From Octopus sinensis (taxonomy: Eukaryota): a DNA stretch of 64,000 bases. The position numbers and the translations under genes were made by a program. Positions 25,209 through 38,438 of this stretch are shown piece by piece (position 1 is the stretch's first letter; every line of letters starts with the position of its first letter). The notes below the pieces were generated by a model. That model ran no database searches, was not told the origin of the DNA, and worked only from the letters and a program-made list of their open reading frames with translations. The DNA lies in contig NC_043000.1 in assembly GCF_006345805.1 (NCBI RefSeq), positions 85,684,001 to 85,748,000 of the forward strand. The letters are read 5' to 3'.

Positions 25209-25590
25209 TACATTATTTACAATTGACGGATATTTGTCCTCATCTTGTTTGTTGTTAACACATTTCGTCTGATATACCCTCCAGCCTTCATCAGGTGTCT
25301 TGGGGAAATTTTGAACTTGGGTTCTCATTCCTAAGGTATTTTTCAATGTTTTTGTTGTTGTTATTATTATTATTATTATTCAGGTCACTGCCTGGAATTG
25401 AACTCGGAATCTTGGGTTAGTAGCCCATGGGCATATGGCGTAGTGGTTAAGAGTGAAATACTTTAGGAATGAGAACCCAAGTTCAAAATTTCCCCAAGAC
25501 ACCAGATGAAGGCTGGAGGGTATATCAGCCGAAACATTGTGTTAACAACAGACAAGATGAGGACAAATATCGTCAATTGTAAATAATGTA
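25209..25590. mobile_element. Head-to-head dimer of a tRNA-headed element with a Penelope-like tail. About 133-bp inverted arms (25209-25341 and 25456-25590)
   Basis: The arms are near-identical reverse complements. The spacer holds an A box TGGCGTAGTGG (+, 25436-25446), a B box GTTCAATTCC (-, 25394-25403) and (ATT)n. Confidence 0.85.
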
Positions 25591-26479
25591 CATAATTCCT
25601 CATCTCTTAAATGTAGAAATGTACATTAAATTTAATCCTTGAGTTTATATCTTCATTTTATTGTGGCATATTTAATTCTAATTTCAGTTAAAATTACAGT
25701 GTTTTCATGCCTTTTCCTAAACCAGATCTGATCAATATCAATCATCCAGATTAAGCTAACCTCTCTTTAATATAAAGATAATTTTAACTTGGAAAAATTT
25801 ATAGCCTGCTATATGATGTTAGCACACATCCAACCAAAGTTTCATTTGGATGGTACCCTTAAGTCATTATAATAAACATAGTCTAGCAATTTATGTGGAG
25901 TTTAAAAGAGAAAAGCACCACTACTACCTCAAAAAGGAAGAAAGAAAATAAAAAGCCTATCAGTAGCGGCTTAGTGACTATCTGTAAATTAGAAGGTAAC
26001 CAAGCACTACTTTAAAACTTCCAGCTCGTTAAAGCTTCTATTAAATCAAATATTAAAGAGTATTCTTAGATAAGGAAGGAGTGGGGGACTATCTGACCTT
26101 GAATTGAATCCATCAGATCATTTTTGTGTTAAATAAATACCATGCTGGTGAGAGAACATGATTACATTGATGTATCTATTTTAAAATTGAATATAGAATT
26201 ACAAGCTACTGAAAATATATTATCTCTGTGTGGTAAATTCGTGTATGTTCAAGTTAAAAGTTTTCAATTCTATCAGATAGGGTTGTAACATGTGAAGTGT
26301 TGGAGACTCTTGGATTACATTAAGGAAAGAGAAAAGTGCAGTCCCTTTACTACAGATTAGGTTTATGTTGAAGATGTTGCATATTTTTAAAATTTTGAAT
26401 GCTTAGAACTTTTTATAATTTTTTGTCTTAAATAGCCCTAACTTATCAATTAAAAAGAGAAATGAAAAATGATCATTTG

Positions 26480-29400
26480 TAGATAGATTTCAAATAACAA
26501 AAAAACAATTTTAAGTGCGGTAAATAGCATAAAGCGACGAGACACCATATTTAATTTACGAGTCCACTATTATTGCCATGGTTACGCTTTTAATCGAAAA
26601 TTTTAAAATTGTACAAAAGACATGTATCATATTTTTTATCCGTCAAAATAATGTGAAAAACAAATAAAGATTGCTTTAAGAGTGAAATCCTTTCAAATTT
26701 GGAAGGTCATTTACAACGAGCTCATGAGCACAGTTCATAGCTACGGAATAATAGCCGAAAACATCCGAAGTGCTAAAGCTAGGTATTTAAATATCAATTA
26801 TCATTATGATTATTTACATCAAATTTTAGAAAATGTGTCCTTGGCATGTGAGATTTTAAAATTCAATATTAGACAAAGAAAACGAGAGTCGTACATTTTA
26901 ATTTCATTATTTTCTTCTTCGCGAAAGAGTATTCGATAATTTCCGGAAGATAAGATGATTGGGGTTTACATTTTGTTGTAAGCGGGGGGTCTATCCTGCG
27001 CAAAGTCTTTCCCAATTCTACCGAACTGCGCAGACTTGCATGTGCTGGGTAGGAAGTTATCTTATGAAAATTTAGTAAGTAACTAATTATTATTATTTTC
27101 TACATTGATAAAATGTCTGGTTTGGCTTTGAAAATTTCTCGGTTGGGGATTAGTTTGCTTTAAACTGGAAGAAGATAATCTAAGCTAAATGCTAATTAGT
27201 TTATTTCTAAATTCAGTGTAATAATTCTGAAGTGAAATGCAGCCAAATCCTTTTAGAAATGGGGACATGCTGAGTTTCATTAGTCTAATACACTTTCATT
27301 TATAATATATGTTACATTATACATATATATTCTCGGAAATGTAAAAATTTAGTTAGAAATAATAATTTGAACGTTAGTTTCGAATACTTCGAATTAGATT
27401 CTTATCAATGGTTTATGATGTCCACTTTACTTTGGCGGAAATATTTAACAAGCCATGCTTTAACCTTTTTTACGTCGCCGATTCCTTATTTACCGATATC
27501 TTTTTGTTTCCAAACTGCAATCTGTCCTCTATATTCTTATATTAGAGTGATAGTAATGTCTTATAAGTCTAATTAAATATCCAAATGCAGTAACCTACAA
27601 CCATAAACGTCGATTGAATCAAATTGTAAGAAAATATTTAACCATGGTAGAAACTTGTGGCTATATCTTGTCTGACATTGTTTGAGATTACTTCACCGTT
27701 TACCATTTTTTAATCTATTTGAGCTATTTCAGATATTTCAGTATTTTCACAAATCTTAATTTGAAACTCTGGTTAGCAAAAAGAGGGAAGAAAGAAAAAA
27801 TTCTCTCAAATTTGAACAAGAAATAGCGCCAATTGTAATAGTTTAGGTTTTCTGCAATACTCTTGACTTTTTATTTAAAACAAAGAAACGTTGTTAATTA
27901 AAATTGACCCTAATGGGTTGTGATGATCATAATAAGGGAGAAACGTTGGCCAAAAATGGTGCCCGCTCTTTTGTTCGGATTGAAGATGAAACATTTGTTT
28001 AAATGAGCGAACAAAAGCTGCAATTTTTTTGTATCAAGTTATTAACGCTGAATACGTATTTCGTATTCACTGTGAACTGTTTGGAATAGAAAGCGTTTGG
28101 GCAAAGAAATTCTATGATAATTTCTGTATTGAAAACATGTGGCGACAATAAAGGACATTGTAGCAGTTTTAAAGGTTTACTACTGCTGTTGGTATTATTG
28201 GACACAATATAATGTCTTTATTAATTCTATATTGTTATTATTTTACCGAAACCTTCCTTTTAATAAGAAAATTCTGAATTAACTAATGTCTGGTTTATAT
28301 CTTGTCTATGTATTAACTACCTTACTTATGTTTCTGTAGCGTTTGAAACTGAAGTGATTTCTTCTTACTATCCTTGGATATTTACCATTATTCTTCTTCC
28401 TTGACCATTCCAATATATATATATATATATATTGTTGTTTCCAGTCGACACCTCCACCGTTTTTGCTCTGATTTTAATAAGTTGGCGACGACGGCGGCAA
28501 TGACGGTCGGGGTTCTATCTCTAACATTTCTTGTCGCTTCGTCTTCTCTCTAGAAGCTTCTGTTGTCCATTTAGATCGATTCAGTCGCCGTCTTTCTTTT
28601 CAAACATTTTCCTCTCCCCATCTTTTATTACCGACAAAATGGAGGATTTCAAGCTAGTGTTTTTTTCTCTCTCATTTATCATTTTCAATATAAAAATCAC
28701 TTGTGTTCCTGTCGGTAACTCCCTGCTTCAATGATTAGTGTTATATTATTACGTTCATTCTCCGTTGTAATTTAACATTTACCATACAAACTCCATTGGG
28801 CGATACCCAGCATTTTTTATTGGCTTTTTTCTAGACTCTGGATAAATTAAATTTTACAATTGCTTTATAGAGACCCTGTAACTAGAATAAATTACTGCAT
28901 TTAAATCAAAGGACATTGAAATTGTAAAATTATTGCGAATAATACTTTTTTTCTCGTTATCATCACCATCTTGATGGTGAAAATATTATTTGTTGAAATG
29001 AAGTCAAAATGTTTGGAATTTGTAAGGTTTTTTGTGTGTAATTTAGTAAGTTTTTGTTGAGAATCGCCTCACGTGGCCGTCGTCGTCTTCCCTCGGCATT
29101 TTTACTCTCCGATATTTGTTCATTTTTGGCATTTTTATTAAATATTCTGATTCATTCTACTGTTATTTTTTGCATAAATTTCCTGATAAATGACTTAAAC
29201 CTACAAATGTTTCATACATTTCAAAAAATCCATTTCGTTTTAAAATGTTAAAATTTAATCATTTTATGTCAAGTAAAATTTGTTTTAACATTGAAAAAAT
29301 TATATTGTGGAAATTAAATAGCCTTTTGACCTGTCCAAATACGTAAAAGTATTTTAATAAGTACTCTCAAATATATTTCACTTGTATGATGGAGTTTGTG

Positions 29401-29580
29401 TTTAATGTGTGTACAGTTTTCAATGAGCTGAATGATATATAATCTGTATATAGACATACATATACACCCCTCGTGCTTCATTTTGTAGCTAATCTGATCG
29501 ACAGTCCGTAAAACAGCAAGTGCTTTGATGAGGCAAAATTGAAATAGATTTTTTATATACCCATTCGTCATTTTTAACAT
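26480..29580. promoter_or_regulatory. CpG-enriched, repeat-poor region: probable G3BP promoter and non-coding first exon(s), possibly bidirectional
   Basis: CpG is visibly retained (e.g. GGCGACGACGGCGG, CCGTCGTCG) against a CpG-depleted background. ETS-like CCGGAAG near 26943, YY1-like CAAAATGGAGG near 28635, E-box CACGTG near 29071. Donor-like GTAAG at about 29021 and 29047. G3BP coding exon 1 has a splice acceptor before its ATG, so an upstream non-coding exon is required. Confidence 0.55.
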
Positions 29581-31039
29581 GGCTTTTATTGATCTTTTTG
29601 TTTTTGTTGAAAAAATTGTGCATTAAATAATGATGCAGTCTTATCGCTGAAAGGTAAAAATTAAATTTCTTAAATACTGTTTCTTTGTGGATTTTCGTAC
29701 ATAAATATTACCAGTTTCTTTTCGACATGGTAATAAATAAAACGTTAATACTGAAAGTTTTCCAAGTAATGATTGTAAAATTTTATTTACTTCTTATATG
29801 AAATCCAGTTAAGGAGTCAGGGATGTTTTACTTTGTGAACTGCTATATTCTTATAGTATGTACAATTTTGTTTAGCCCTAGGTAAAATTTAAGCCGTCGC
29901 CATTCTGGTTTTCTTTTACTGTATGAAACTAAATGAGGTTTTTGTGATTGAGATAGACTTGGGGGTTTTACTGGCATGTGAGTGGAATAACATAAGGATA
30001 TGTATTAAGCTGATTCAATAAACTCTCCTAATGAAAAGGAATAAAACTAGTATCAACCTGTACTTGTATTTTCTATTCTTCTTAAGCTTTGGGCTTGCTG
30101 CAAGAAAGACCATTTCACATTTAGATTCCGTAATTTTGATGACAGTCTCAGAAACTTCGTTCGAAACTCTTGTGAACTGGATTTTGTAATAACCGGACTC
30201 TATGATTAAAAAAAAACAAACCCAGTCTACTATTCCCACAGGGAATAGTAAACATTTAAAACTTTAATGGGTTTTAGCAATAAATAAATTGTAAGCAATA
30301 TTTTCTCTCTGCATATGTTAGACATAAACAAAAAGTATGGGGGAAATTTTTGTCATTGTCACGATCTATATTTTGTGGTTTTTGTTTTTCATGGCCTCTT
30401 AACTGCATGAACTAAATAATAGCTTACGTAAATGGAAAGCTTATTGAAAGGGGGAAAAAATCGTGTTTTATATTAATTTTAGTGCAGCAGATTACAGCCC
30501 ATCCTTACATACAGTAGACAATGTTTCTAAATTTGAAATTTTCTAATTGTTAAATGCAGGATGTATTATAAACCATCAATGTCCAGTCACTTTCTCATCT
30601 CCAATTTTTTTTTTCTTTCTCGATGTGGTCTTTCTAAGTGGCTATCAGTAAGAACTTTTTCATTTCAGCGTAATCTAATTACTTTCGTTTTTACATTTCA
30701 TTGTTTCTTCTTTTAAATTCTAAGTGATATTTTTAAGCTTTTAGGAAGGCGGAAAAAAATTACGTCTGAAGACTGTTTCAAAATAGTTTAATCTACAGAT
30801 ATAAGAGGTGTCAAAGGTTGAGTCATAGTGAAAATGGGCAAAGTTGATACTGTCTCGTAATTTTTATTTCATTCTTTATAAATAGAAGTGCATAAAATAT
30901 TGCTTCGACATTGAAACATTGCTGTTAAAAGTGATACATTATAATTTGCTCCCTCATTTGTGTTGAAGCCAAGTTTTCCAATATTGTTGTTTATTAATCT
31001 AAAAGTAAACAGGACTCTACAAATCTAGGCGATGATGGG

Positions 31040-31200
31040 GACCTGTATATTAACACTTGACCTGCTAAAAATACTAGCTAAATTTCTCACATTACACATA
31101 TCTGTCTTAAAAGGGTATGTAGGACACATTAGATAATGTAGTTCAAGATACACTGTTAAAGGAAATGGGATAGTCACAGAAGGAATACTCGGATCGTGGG
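31040..31200 (-). repeat. Interspersed repeat shared with about 60990-61150 (+) and 63260-63340 (+)
   Basis: Common CTACATTATCTAATGTGT...TAAGAC...TTTGGCTGCTATTTCT.GCAGG motif. Confidence 0.55.
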
Positions 31201-32921
31201 GGTCTTTTTAGTGTTCATCTCCAACTAAATGACAATCTCAACAGCTAGCAAGATAGATTACGGTGCAAGATTTCAGCTAATTATAGAAAATTAAGTTTTT
31301 GTTTATTTGGTATTTTTATGTAAACCATAATGTTGATTAGTTCTCTATTTTATAACTGAAGGATTATATATTTTCAGTTAGGCCTGTTTTGACTTGAAAT
31401 TGTATCTTAGCTTTGATATTGCAATATATGAAGAAGGGTAAAACACATCTTAAACTGTTTCCTGTTTAGAGCATTTTCTTTGGCTTCTATCATCCAGTAA
31501 TGCTGAGCTTTTTATTATCTGTACTCCAGTATACTTTTTCAATGGTGAAGCTTCTTTGCCAAGACCATAATACTAATACACAAAGAATACTAGTTTTTCA
31601 ATAATTAGCTTTATATCTCATAAACTCCTTGAATGTTGTTTCTCATTGTAAACTAATGCCACTTTAAATAATATAACCAAAAAGCTATCCAGCATAGGGA
31701 AACCACGTTTCTTCAGAAATATTGTCAAAACAATAACAAAAGCTAAAAACTTTTACTCTTTAGAATCAATATTCTTCAGTTAAAAATTATCTGCTTATTA
31801 GACCTTGTCATGCACATTTTCTACTTGGTCTTTTCCTTCACATTTTTGTCTATCAACTTGAATTCTATTTTTTAATATATATTGTTCAATCCACTTGCCT
31901 CTGTCATTTGGTTTTTAGCATTCAAGGGAAATATTGCATTAGAAGTTTTTGTACATTTTTGAACTTGTAGAGTTGTGTTGTTTAAAGGAGGAAATACTAA
32001 AATAGGAATTTGAACTTGAATATGTGCAATTAAAAATATGTAAAAAGTTTGAAATTTGTTGCTTGACGAGTGTTTCTTTTTGTAGATATAGATGCTTTTA
32101 TCATCTAAGTTCTAGAATTGATCTGTTTTTATATTTGTTGCTGTTGTTTTTTTGTTTAATGTGCATCTATCTGCTGACTCTGAGGACCTTAAATATTCCA
32201 ATTAGTATCTTGTCAATGAAGAATGTTATATTTTTTTGTATACATTTTAAAGAATAGCCTATTACTTTACAGGCTCAAACTTTTTAAAGGCTTTTTGTTT
32301 TTGTTTTGTAACCATAGTGTTTGGAAGTTATTGTAACCTTATTCTAGCAGCAGTAGAATATTGGTGGTAGATGCTATTACTTCCTGGTTCGATATGACAG
32401 CCTGGGTTTTGGGGACTGTTAATAGAATTTACTCTGAAAACATTCAATCCAGGTGTGCACGATTCCTATAGTTGCTGGTTTCTACCAGTCTCAAAGGTCC
32501 TGGCAACAAATTTTTTTGCTTCATTCAGATAATGAGGAATATATTTAGACAAACTTTTCTTGATTTGATTTTTGTCCAGGTATCTATTTTTGAATTGAGT
32601 ACAAAAAGATGAGTGAAAGGGTAAAAATCTTAGAATTGTGAATTATTTTAAAATATGAATTTTAAAGGTTATTGGGGAGGTGCAACATTTGCCTGAGACT
32701 GCGTTCTTGATTTGAAATATACTGGATTTGAGTCAAAAACATTAAGGTTTACTATTGCCAGAACCATTATATTTTTAACTGAAAAGGTATTTAAACTATC
32801 CAAATGCAAATTTGCTTTACAAATTCTCACGTTAGAAGACCAACCTTGATTTAATGTATCTGCAATACATGTAATTGAAAGTTACATGTATAGCAGATAC
32901 ATTCAGAAGAAAGTTATGTAA

Positions 32922-33131
32922 CCCTTTTGACACCAACCTGCCTGTACAACCACTTTTTCTATGATACAAACTTCCTGTTTTTAAAGTTTTCTGAATTAAA
33001 ACCCTTCATGATTCAGAATTTATGTTCCAAATACCAGCTTAATGAAAACTTTATTTTACTAAAATCAATTTTCAAAATTTATTGAAACAGGCAATGGGTT
33101 TCGAAAGAAATGGGGTAACAAGGGGGGGGGG
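32922..33131. mobile_element. piggyBac-type MITE (family P1), reverse orientation relative to the 16982 copy
   Basis: GTAA-CCCTTTTGACACC...GGTAACAAGGGG-TTAA. The internal TTCCAAATACCAGCTTAAT matches the 16982 copy. Confidence 0.7.
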
Positions 33132-34247
33132 TTAACTGATGAATATTCCATCTTCTGAAGATAATTATAGTCTATCTAGCAATGTTATAGAAATTTAAAT
33201 TTTATGAATGTTTGCTTATGTTTAAAATTATGTCCATTTTCTAATTGATTATCCATTTATACCTCTTTCAAAATTGAATGCCAATCCTGCACCCTGTCTT
33301 TCTTTATGATTTTATAGAATTTATGTTGTAGGTACATCTCTTTCTTAAATATATTTTTTAAAACTGAAAAACTTCCAATTCATTACAACATATTTTTAGA
33401 ATCCTGTTCTGTATACTGCCATATTGAAAAGATGTGAATTGTATGTAACATTTTCTATGGAGTACAGTGTCTGAAATAAGTTTCTGGTCTGTTCATAGTA
33501 TGTGCTCAAGTTATATTGAGTAGAGATAGAACCATACCATACTATAGATACTATATTTAGTTTGTCAGTCCTCCACCCTTCCATGCTAGCATGGGTCAGC
33601 CTCTATTGAGGCAAATTTTCTACTGCTGGATGCCCTTCCTGTTGCCAACCTTCATTTTGTTTCCAAGCAGAGTAATATTTTCCCATAGTCAGGTATGTTT
33701 TTTGTAAAATATTGGGACATGTATGGCAGTGACATTCATTTAGAATATATGATGTGTTACAAAAGAAATTGATATATGTGTTTGTGTCTTGACAGTTTCT
33801 GTCTCCCAAATCCAGTCAAAAGATTTGAAAAGCCTGGAGTTATAGTTGAAGACACCCATAGTGTCATGTAGCTAGGAAACAAACTTCCCAACCAATAAGT
33901 CTATGGACTTGGCATATGAAGTTATTGTGATTAGATAGAACCTAACTAGATGGATACTACATTAAGCCTATAGATATTGCATATGAAATTTTGTGTGCAT
34001 GTGTGTGAGGCCAGTTGTTAGCAATTCTGTCAAACTCATAATGAATGAATAAGAAATCTAAAATATCAGCTGCTCCAGCTATGCATTTCTAATGATACTG
34101 TTGAGTTAAAATTTAAAGCAATTATTTATAAGATGCAAGAAAAACAAGCCATTTTAACTACTAGAAGTTTGAATAAATTCCTGTATTGATCTCTTGGTTG
34201 TATATTTTATATTGATTTTTTTTCTTTTAAGATTAACCTGAACAGAA

Positions 34248-34342
34248 ATGGTCATGGAAGAACCCTGTCCACAGTGGGTTGGCCGAGAGTTTGTCCGGCA
34301 GTATTACACCATTATGAACGAAGCCCCAAACTTTTTGCACAG
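34248..34342 (+). CDS. G3BP: G3BP coding exon 1 ([32 protein letters not shown]). The exon begins at 34232 with 16 nt of 5' UTR
   Basis: Matches the G3BP N-terminus [21 protein letters not shown]. Acceptor TTTTAAG at 34230-34231, donor GTAAAA at 34343, phase 2. Confidence 0.97.
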
Positions 34343-35937
34343 GTAAAAATTAAATTAAATTAGTTTTTGTTACATTTGATTTTGATGAGATGGTTATCCT
34401 TCAATTATTAGATTAAATTCTGCTGGTTTCTTCTGATGAGAAACTTAATTCTAAATTGATGGTCTTGCATGAAATTTGTTTTTGATTAGACACACTGCTG
34501 AAAAACTTATTCCCAGTGGTTTAAAAAAAAATCAAAATAGAGGGGTTAAACTTAACCTTAGAATATCAGAATTGTGTTAGGGTGAGAGTTTCAAAAAATA
34601 TCTTTAGCTCCAGAATCCTTTATAAATTTGGTATTAAATCTGAGATTCAAATGATTTGATAATCCACTTCACTTATATCAGGAAAATTGGAATCTAATTC
34701 ATTGTGTAGTTAAACAAACTTGATTGCTTTATCCTATTTTCTTTAAAAGAATTTGTTCAGTTCATCAGTGAAATAATGTCTTTTCAGAGCCATCTCACTT
34801 CTGTGTGAGATACACACCCTAATCATACACTACATTTAAAAAAAATCAGGGTTGACATTTGACACTGTTGCTAAGAAACCAAATCTACAACCCAGCATTG
34901 CACAAGTTTGAGTTGTGTACTCAATGTGCAGAAGACCTTTTTATTGCAAAGAAAAAGATACCTACCTTGAGTTGTATTCTCCAAGGCTTGTTATGCAAGA
35001 ATTCTTCAAACACCAGTTTTTGTTTTGTTTTGTTTTTTAAGCTTATACAAGAAGCTAATTTTCAAGGGATATGTCATGAGCTTGTCAGAAATGGAACTTC
35101 TCTTTGTATTGACATGTCAGAAATAATTTAACAGTAGCAGAGTTTAAGACCAATCAAATTTGAAGGATTCACTTTCCTATCTTTGCTGTAAGTATTTGGG
35201 ATGGAAAACTAAATATTTTAGTAATTAACTGGACTGAAAACAGAAAAGTCAGTACTTCATATTGATCTTTTAAAACATAGGGTTTCAATAAATTTTTGAA
35301 ATATGTTACTTTTAATCAATCAAATTGTATAAGTCTGAAATTGCTTACCATGGTTTGTTGGCCTCTGGCTGGTGCAAAAGAAAACTTATAGTCAATGAGG
35401 GAAATAACTTGAAATTCATCAAATGACTGTGCTATGTATAGTGATGCCACTTGGGTTTACAAAACACAGGCATTGCATTTAGCTGGTTGTGATTACTTAA
35501 AGATTCTAGTGTTTTTTTTTTAACAAACCTCAAATGGCGCTTGCAAGGTCACTTATGTGCTCCTTGAAGTACAAGTATCTTGGTTTGAGAATGTCTTCAT
35601 TCAAACTTCATATATATTGATGTCATTGAACAAGAGGGAAAAATTTATATAAACTGCTTGAAAACAATGCTCTTTACATAGGCTGTTGTTGGCCTTAGTT
35701 TAAATTTTGCCATTGAATACCATGTCAGAATAGTTCAGAATTTTTGTCTTTTTATTCCATAGAAAACTTGATTGTATGATTTTTATAGATAAGTTTTTTC
35801 AATTTTGTTTGTTCATTTAGTTACCCTTTTGTACACTCATATGTTGGGCAGAGATTAAGTTGAGGTGGGATTTTACAGCTGCATGCTATTGCAACATTTA
35901 TCTGTTTTCAAATAAGGGATTTTTTTATTCTATTGAT

Positions 35938-36148
35938 TTTTAAGCATTCAGATTGCTGTCTAATATAATGCATATTTATTTACATTTTCGAATTAATCAT
36001 GCATTATCTTGTAGCTTACAGGTTTCAATGATGTGTTTATTTTTACAGTGACATTGTAGGGTAGTTGTGAGAAGTTAGACATGGTCAGTTTGAATATATA
36101 ACAATTAGAATATTTGGGCTTGATATGGCCAGTTTAAGTGCTGAAGGG
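35938..36148. mobile_element. piggyBac-type MITE (family P2), sharing ends with the 38439-39870 element
   Basis: Left AGCATTCAGATT...AATATAATGCATATTTATTTACA. Right GGTCAGTTTGAA...GGCCAGTTTAAGTGCTGAAGGG-TTAA. Confidence 0.7.
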
Positions 36149-36653
36149 TTAAATATAGAATGACTGGCCATACTGTCAACAGGGAATTTAAACCTCACTG
36201 TTTGCTCAAGCAGTGACAAGCCACGGAATATCTACACACGGAGACACAAACAAACAGATTTCAGTTTCTCTCAACTAAATTCACTCAAGGCAATGGTAGG
36301 ATTAGGACTACACACAACTTTTGCTCTAGGTGTGCCATGCTGTGAAACTGGACTTGAAACAACATAGTTGCAAAATGAATTAACCACACACAACTAAACT
36401 TATGTTCATTTGTGCTTCTTAAAATATATTTACAAGCTGATAATGACATTTAAATGGACATCACTGAATAAAATGTTTTAAAAAATTACTTTCCATGAAA
36501 AACGGTTTTTAGATGTAAAATTAAAAATATATTTGTGATAGTGAGTTGATGAGAAAGATGAAAGTAAAATTGAAACATCCTAACATAACCTCTTTGTAAT
36601 ACTAACATTATAGAAGCAGTATTGTCTCTTTATCACTAAGGGAGCCTTTACAC

Positions 36654-36935
36654 CAGTGGTTCTCAACCAGGGTCCAGATATGATTTTCGGGGATTCACAG
36701 TATTTTTTTTTAAGGGCATCTGAAAAAATGTTGGTTTTCATGTGTGTATTGAAAGATACAGTTGTTTCTTTCTATAACATTTTAACATAGTTCAGCCAAC
36801 ACAAGTTAATGTGTGGAAAAAAATTCTTTTGAAAGTTTCTGTAAAACTAGTTTTTAAACATTGAATGGCTACAGGGTTCACCAGATTAAAATAGTAATCA
36901 GAGGAATCCATAGATAAAAAATAGTTGAACCCCTG
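36654..36935. mobile_element. hAT-type MITE
   Basis: TIRs CAGTGGTTCTCAAC and GTTGAACCCCTG. 8-bp flanks CTTTACAC and CTATGCAC (6 of 8 identical) are consistent with a decayed hAT target-site duplication. Confidence 0.75.
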
Positions 36936-38438
36936 CTATGCACAGTTGAGGCCAAAATACAACCTGCTAGCTGTAAAAAAAATAATTATGTTCAAGTATG
37001 CTCATATGTCTGAAGAAATAGATGAATAAAATATATTTCACCTTGTCTGCTTGCTCAAGACTTGTTTGGTGGGAAAGCAGTAAGCTGAATTCATTCGTTT
37101 TGTAGGGAATGATGGCAATGAAATAGTGACTGGATGTTTTCTATTTTATATATGGAATTAAATGTAGTTAGTGTTTAAGCACTTTACTGGTTGTGGACAA
37201 CTGATGAAATAAGACAGCTTCATTTAAGTCCTTGGACTGCAAACCAAGGACTGAAGATAATGAAATTACATTGGTTGAAGGCTGTGCACACCAGGATTAA
37301 AATTCTATAACCATTCAATACTTTTAGAATACCAAAATGTAATTAAATTGGCAGATTGTAATAGACCTGGCCAAGCAGGAACAACTTAATTTGATAGTTC
37401 CTTTTAGCATTTAGGTGGTAGCTGTGTGATGAATCTGAAACAGTTGTTTTATGTTGTTAAATATATACTTCCTCTTTTGTATTAATTTTTTTTATTATTT
37501 GTGATATTGTTTTGGGCATTTATAGCAGGTTTTGTGACATGTGGATATTCCTTAATTGGCTTGTCACACTTATTCTATGTATTTGTTATCCTTTCTTCAA
37601 TAAACTCCAAATTTGGCTTTTAAGATGCCAGTGAAGTAGTTTTAGAAGTGCAAAATAATGTTAAGTCTTGATGATGCAAGGAATATATATCAACTGCATG
37701 GAAAGTCATATTAGAATTTAAGTACTGGAAAAAGTGCAGTTTCCTTTATTAATCCACCCCTCTCGATGTGATACATAATGCTTCTTTCAATTCTATATAC
37801 TCTCCCTATGCATTTCAATGTCAATTCTAAAGCAATTTAGATGGTTTCATAAAACTATTTAACATGTAAATGTAGTTTTTGGGACAACTTTACAAAAATA
37901 AGTCTATTAGGTTATTTTTGTCTCGAATAACTTCAGTAAAATGATTTAAATTTTGTTTAAACATTATCAAAGAAAATTAGTTAACTAGTTATACAAAAAA
38001 AATATTGCAATATAAACTTATGCACATTAATTTCCAATTGAATAAAGGTAAAGTAGCACAAAATATTGAAATTTGTGTGAAGATCACTACAAATGAAATA
38101 AATACACTCACATGATTTAATAAAATTTCACCATGCAAGTAAATTGAAAATATGTAAAGCATCCCATGCTACATAATGTAATCTGAGAAGTCATTTCAGT
38201 TGACTATCCACTGATATCTCTCCCTTTCTGATGATGGCACTCATGGCACAACTTTTTGCAACCATTGTGTGATCAGCTGAATTGGTTGGTGGGGGGAGGG
38301 ACAATCTCTCTGGCAGGCTTTTGCATTTTCTGTTTTTTTAATATATTTTTTTATTTTTAAAGACCTCATTAGAATGGTTACATCAGCTATGAGTGAGGTG
38401 CAAAAGGTTGATTTGTTTTAAAACCCTTTCTAGTTTAA

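Noticed and set aside
25381-25455. Possible tRNA gene
   Set aside because: The A and B boxes are on opposite strands and each half is truncated. These are SINE heads with no complete cloverleaf.
6500-26500. Search for ATOX1, the head-to-head neighbour of human G3BP1
   Set aside because: I did not find an MTCxxC-encoding segment on the minus strand by eye.
34426-34444. CTGATGAG-AAAC suggesting a hammerhead or C/D box
   Set aside because: There is no room for helix II and no matching D box or terminal stem. It is just a small hairpin.
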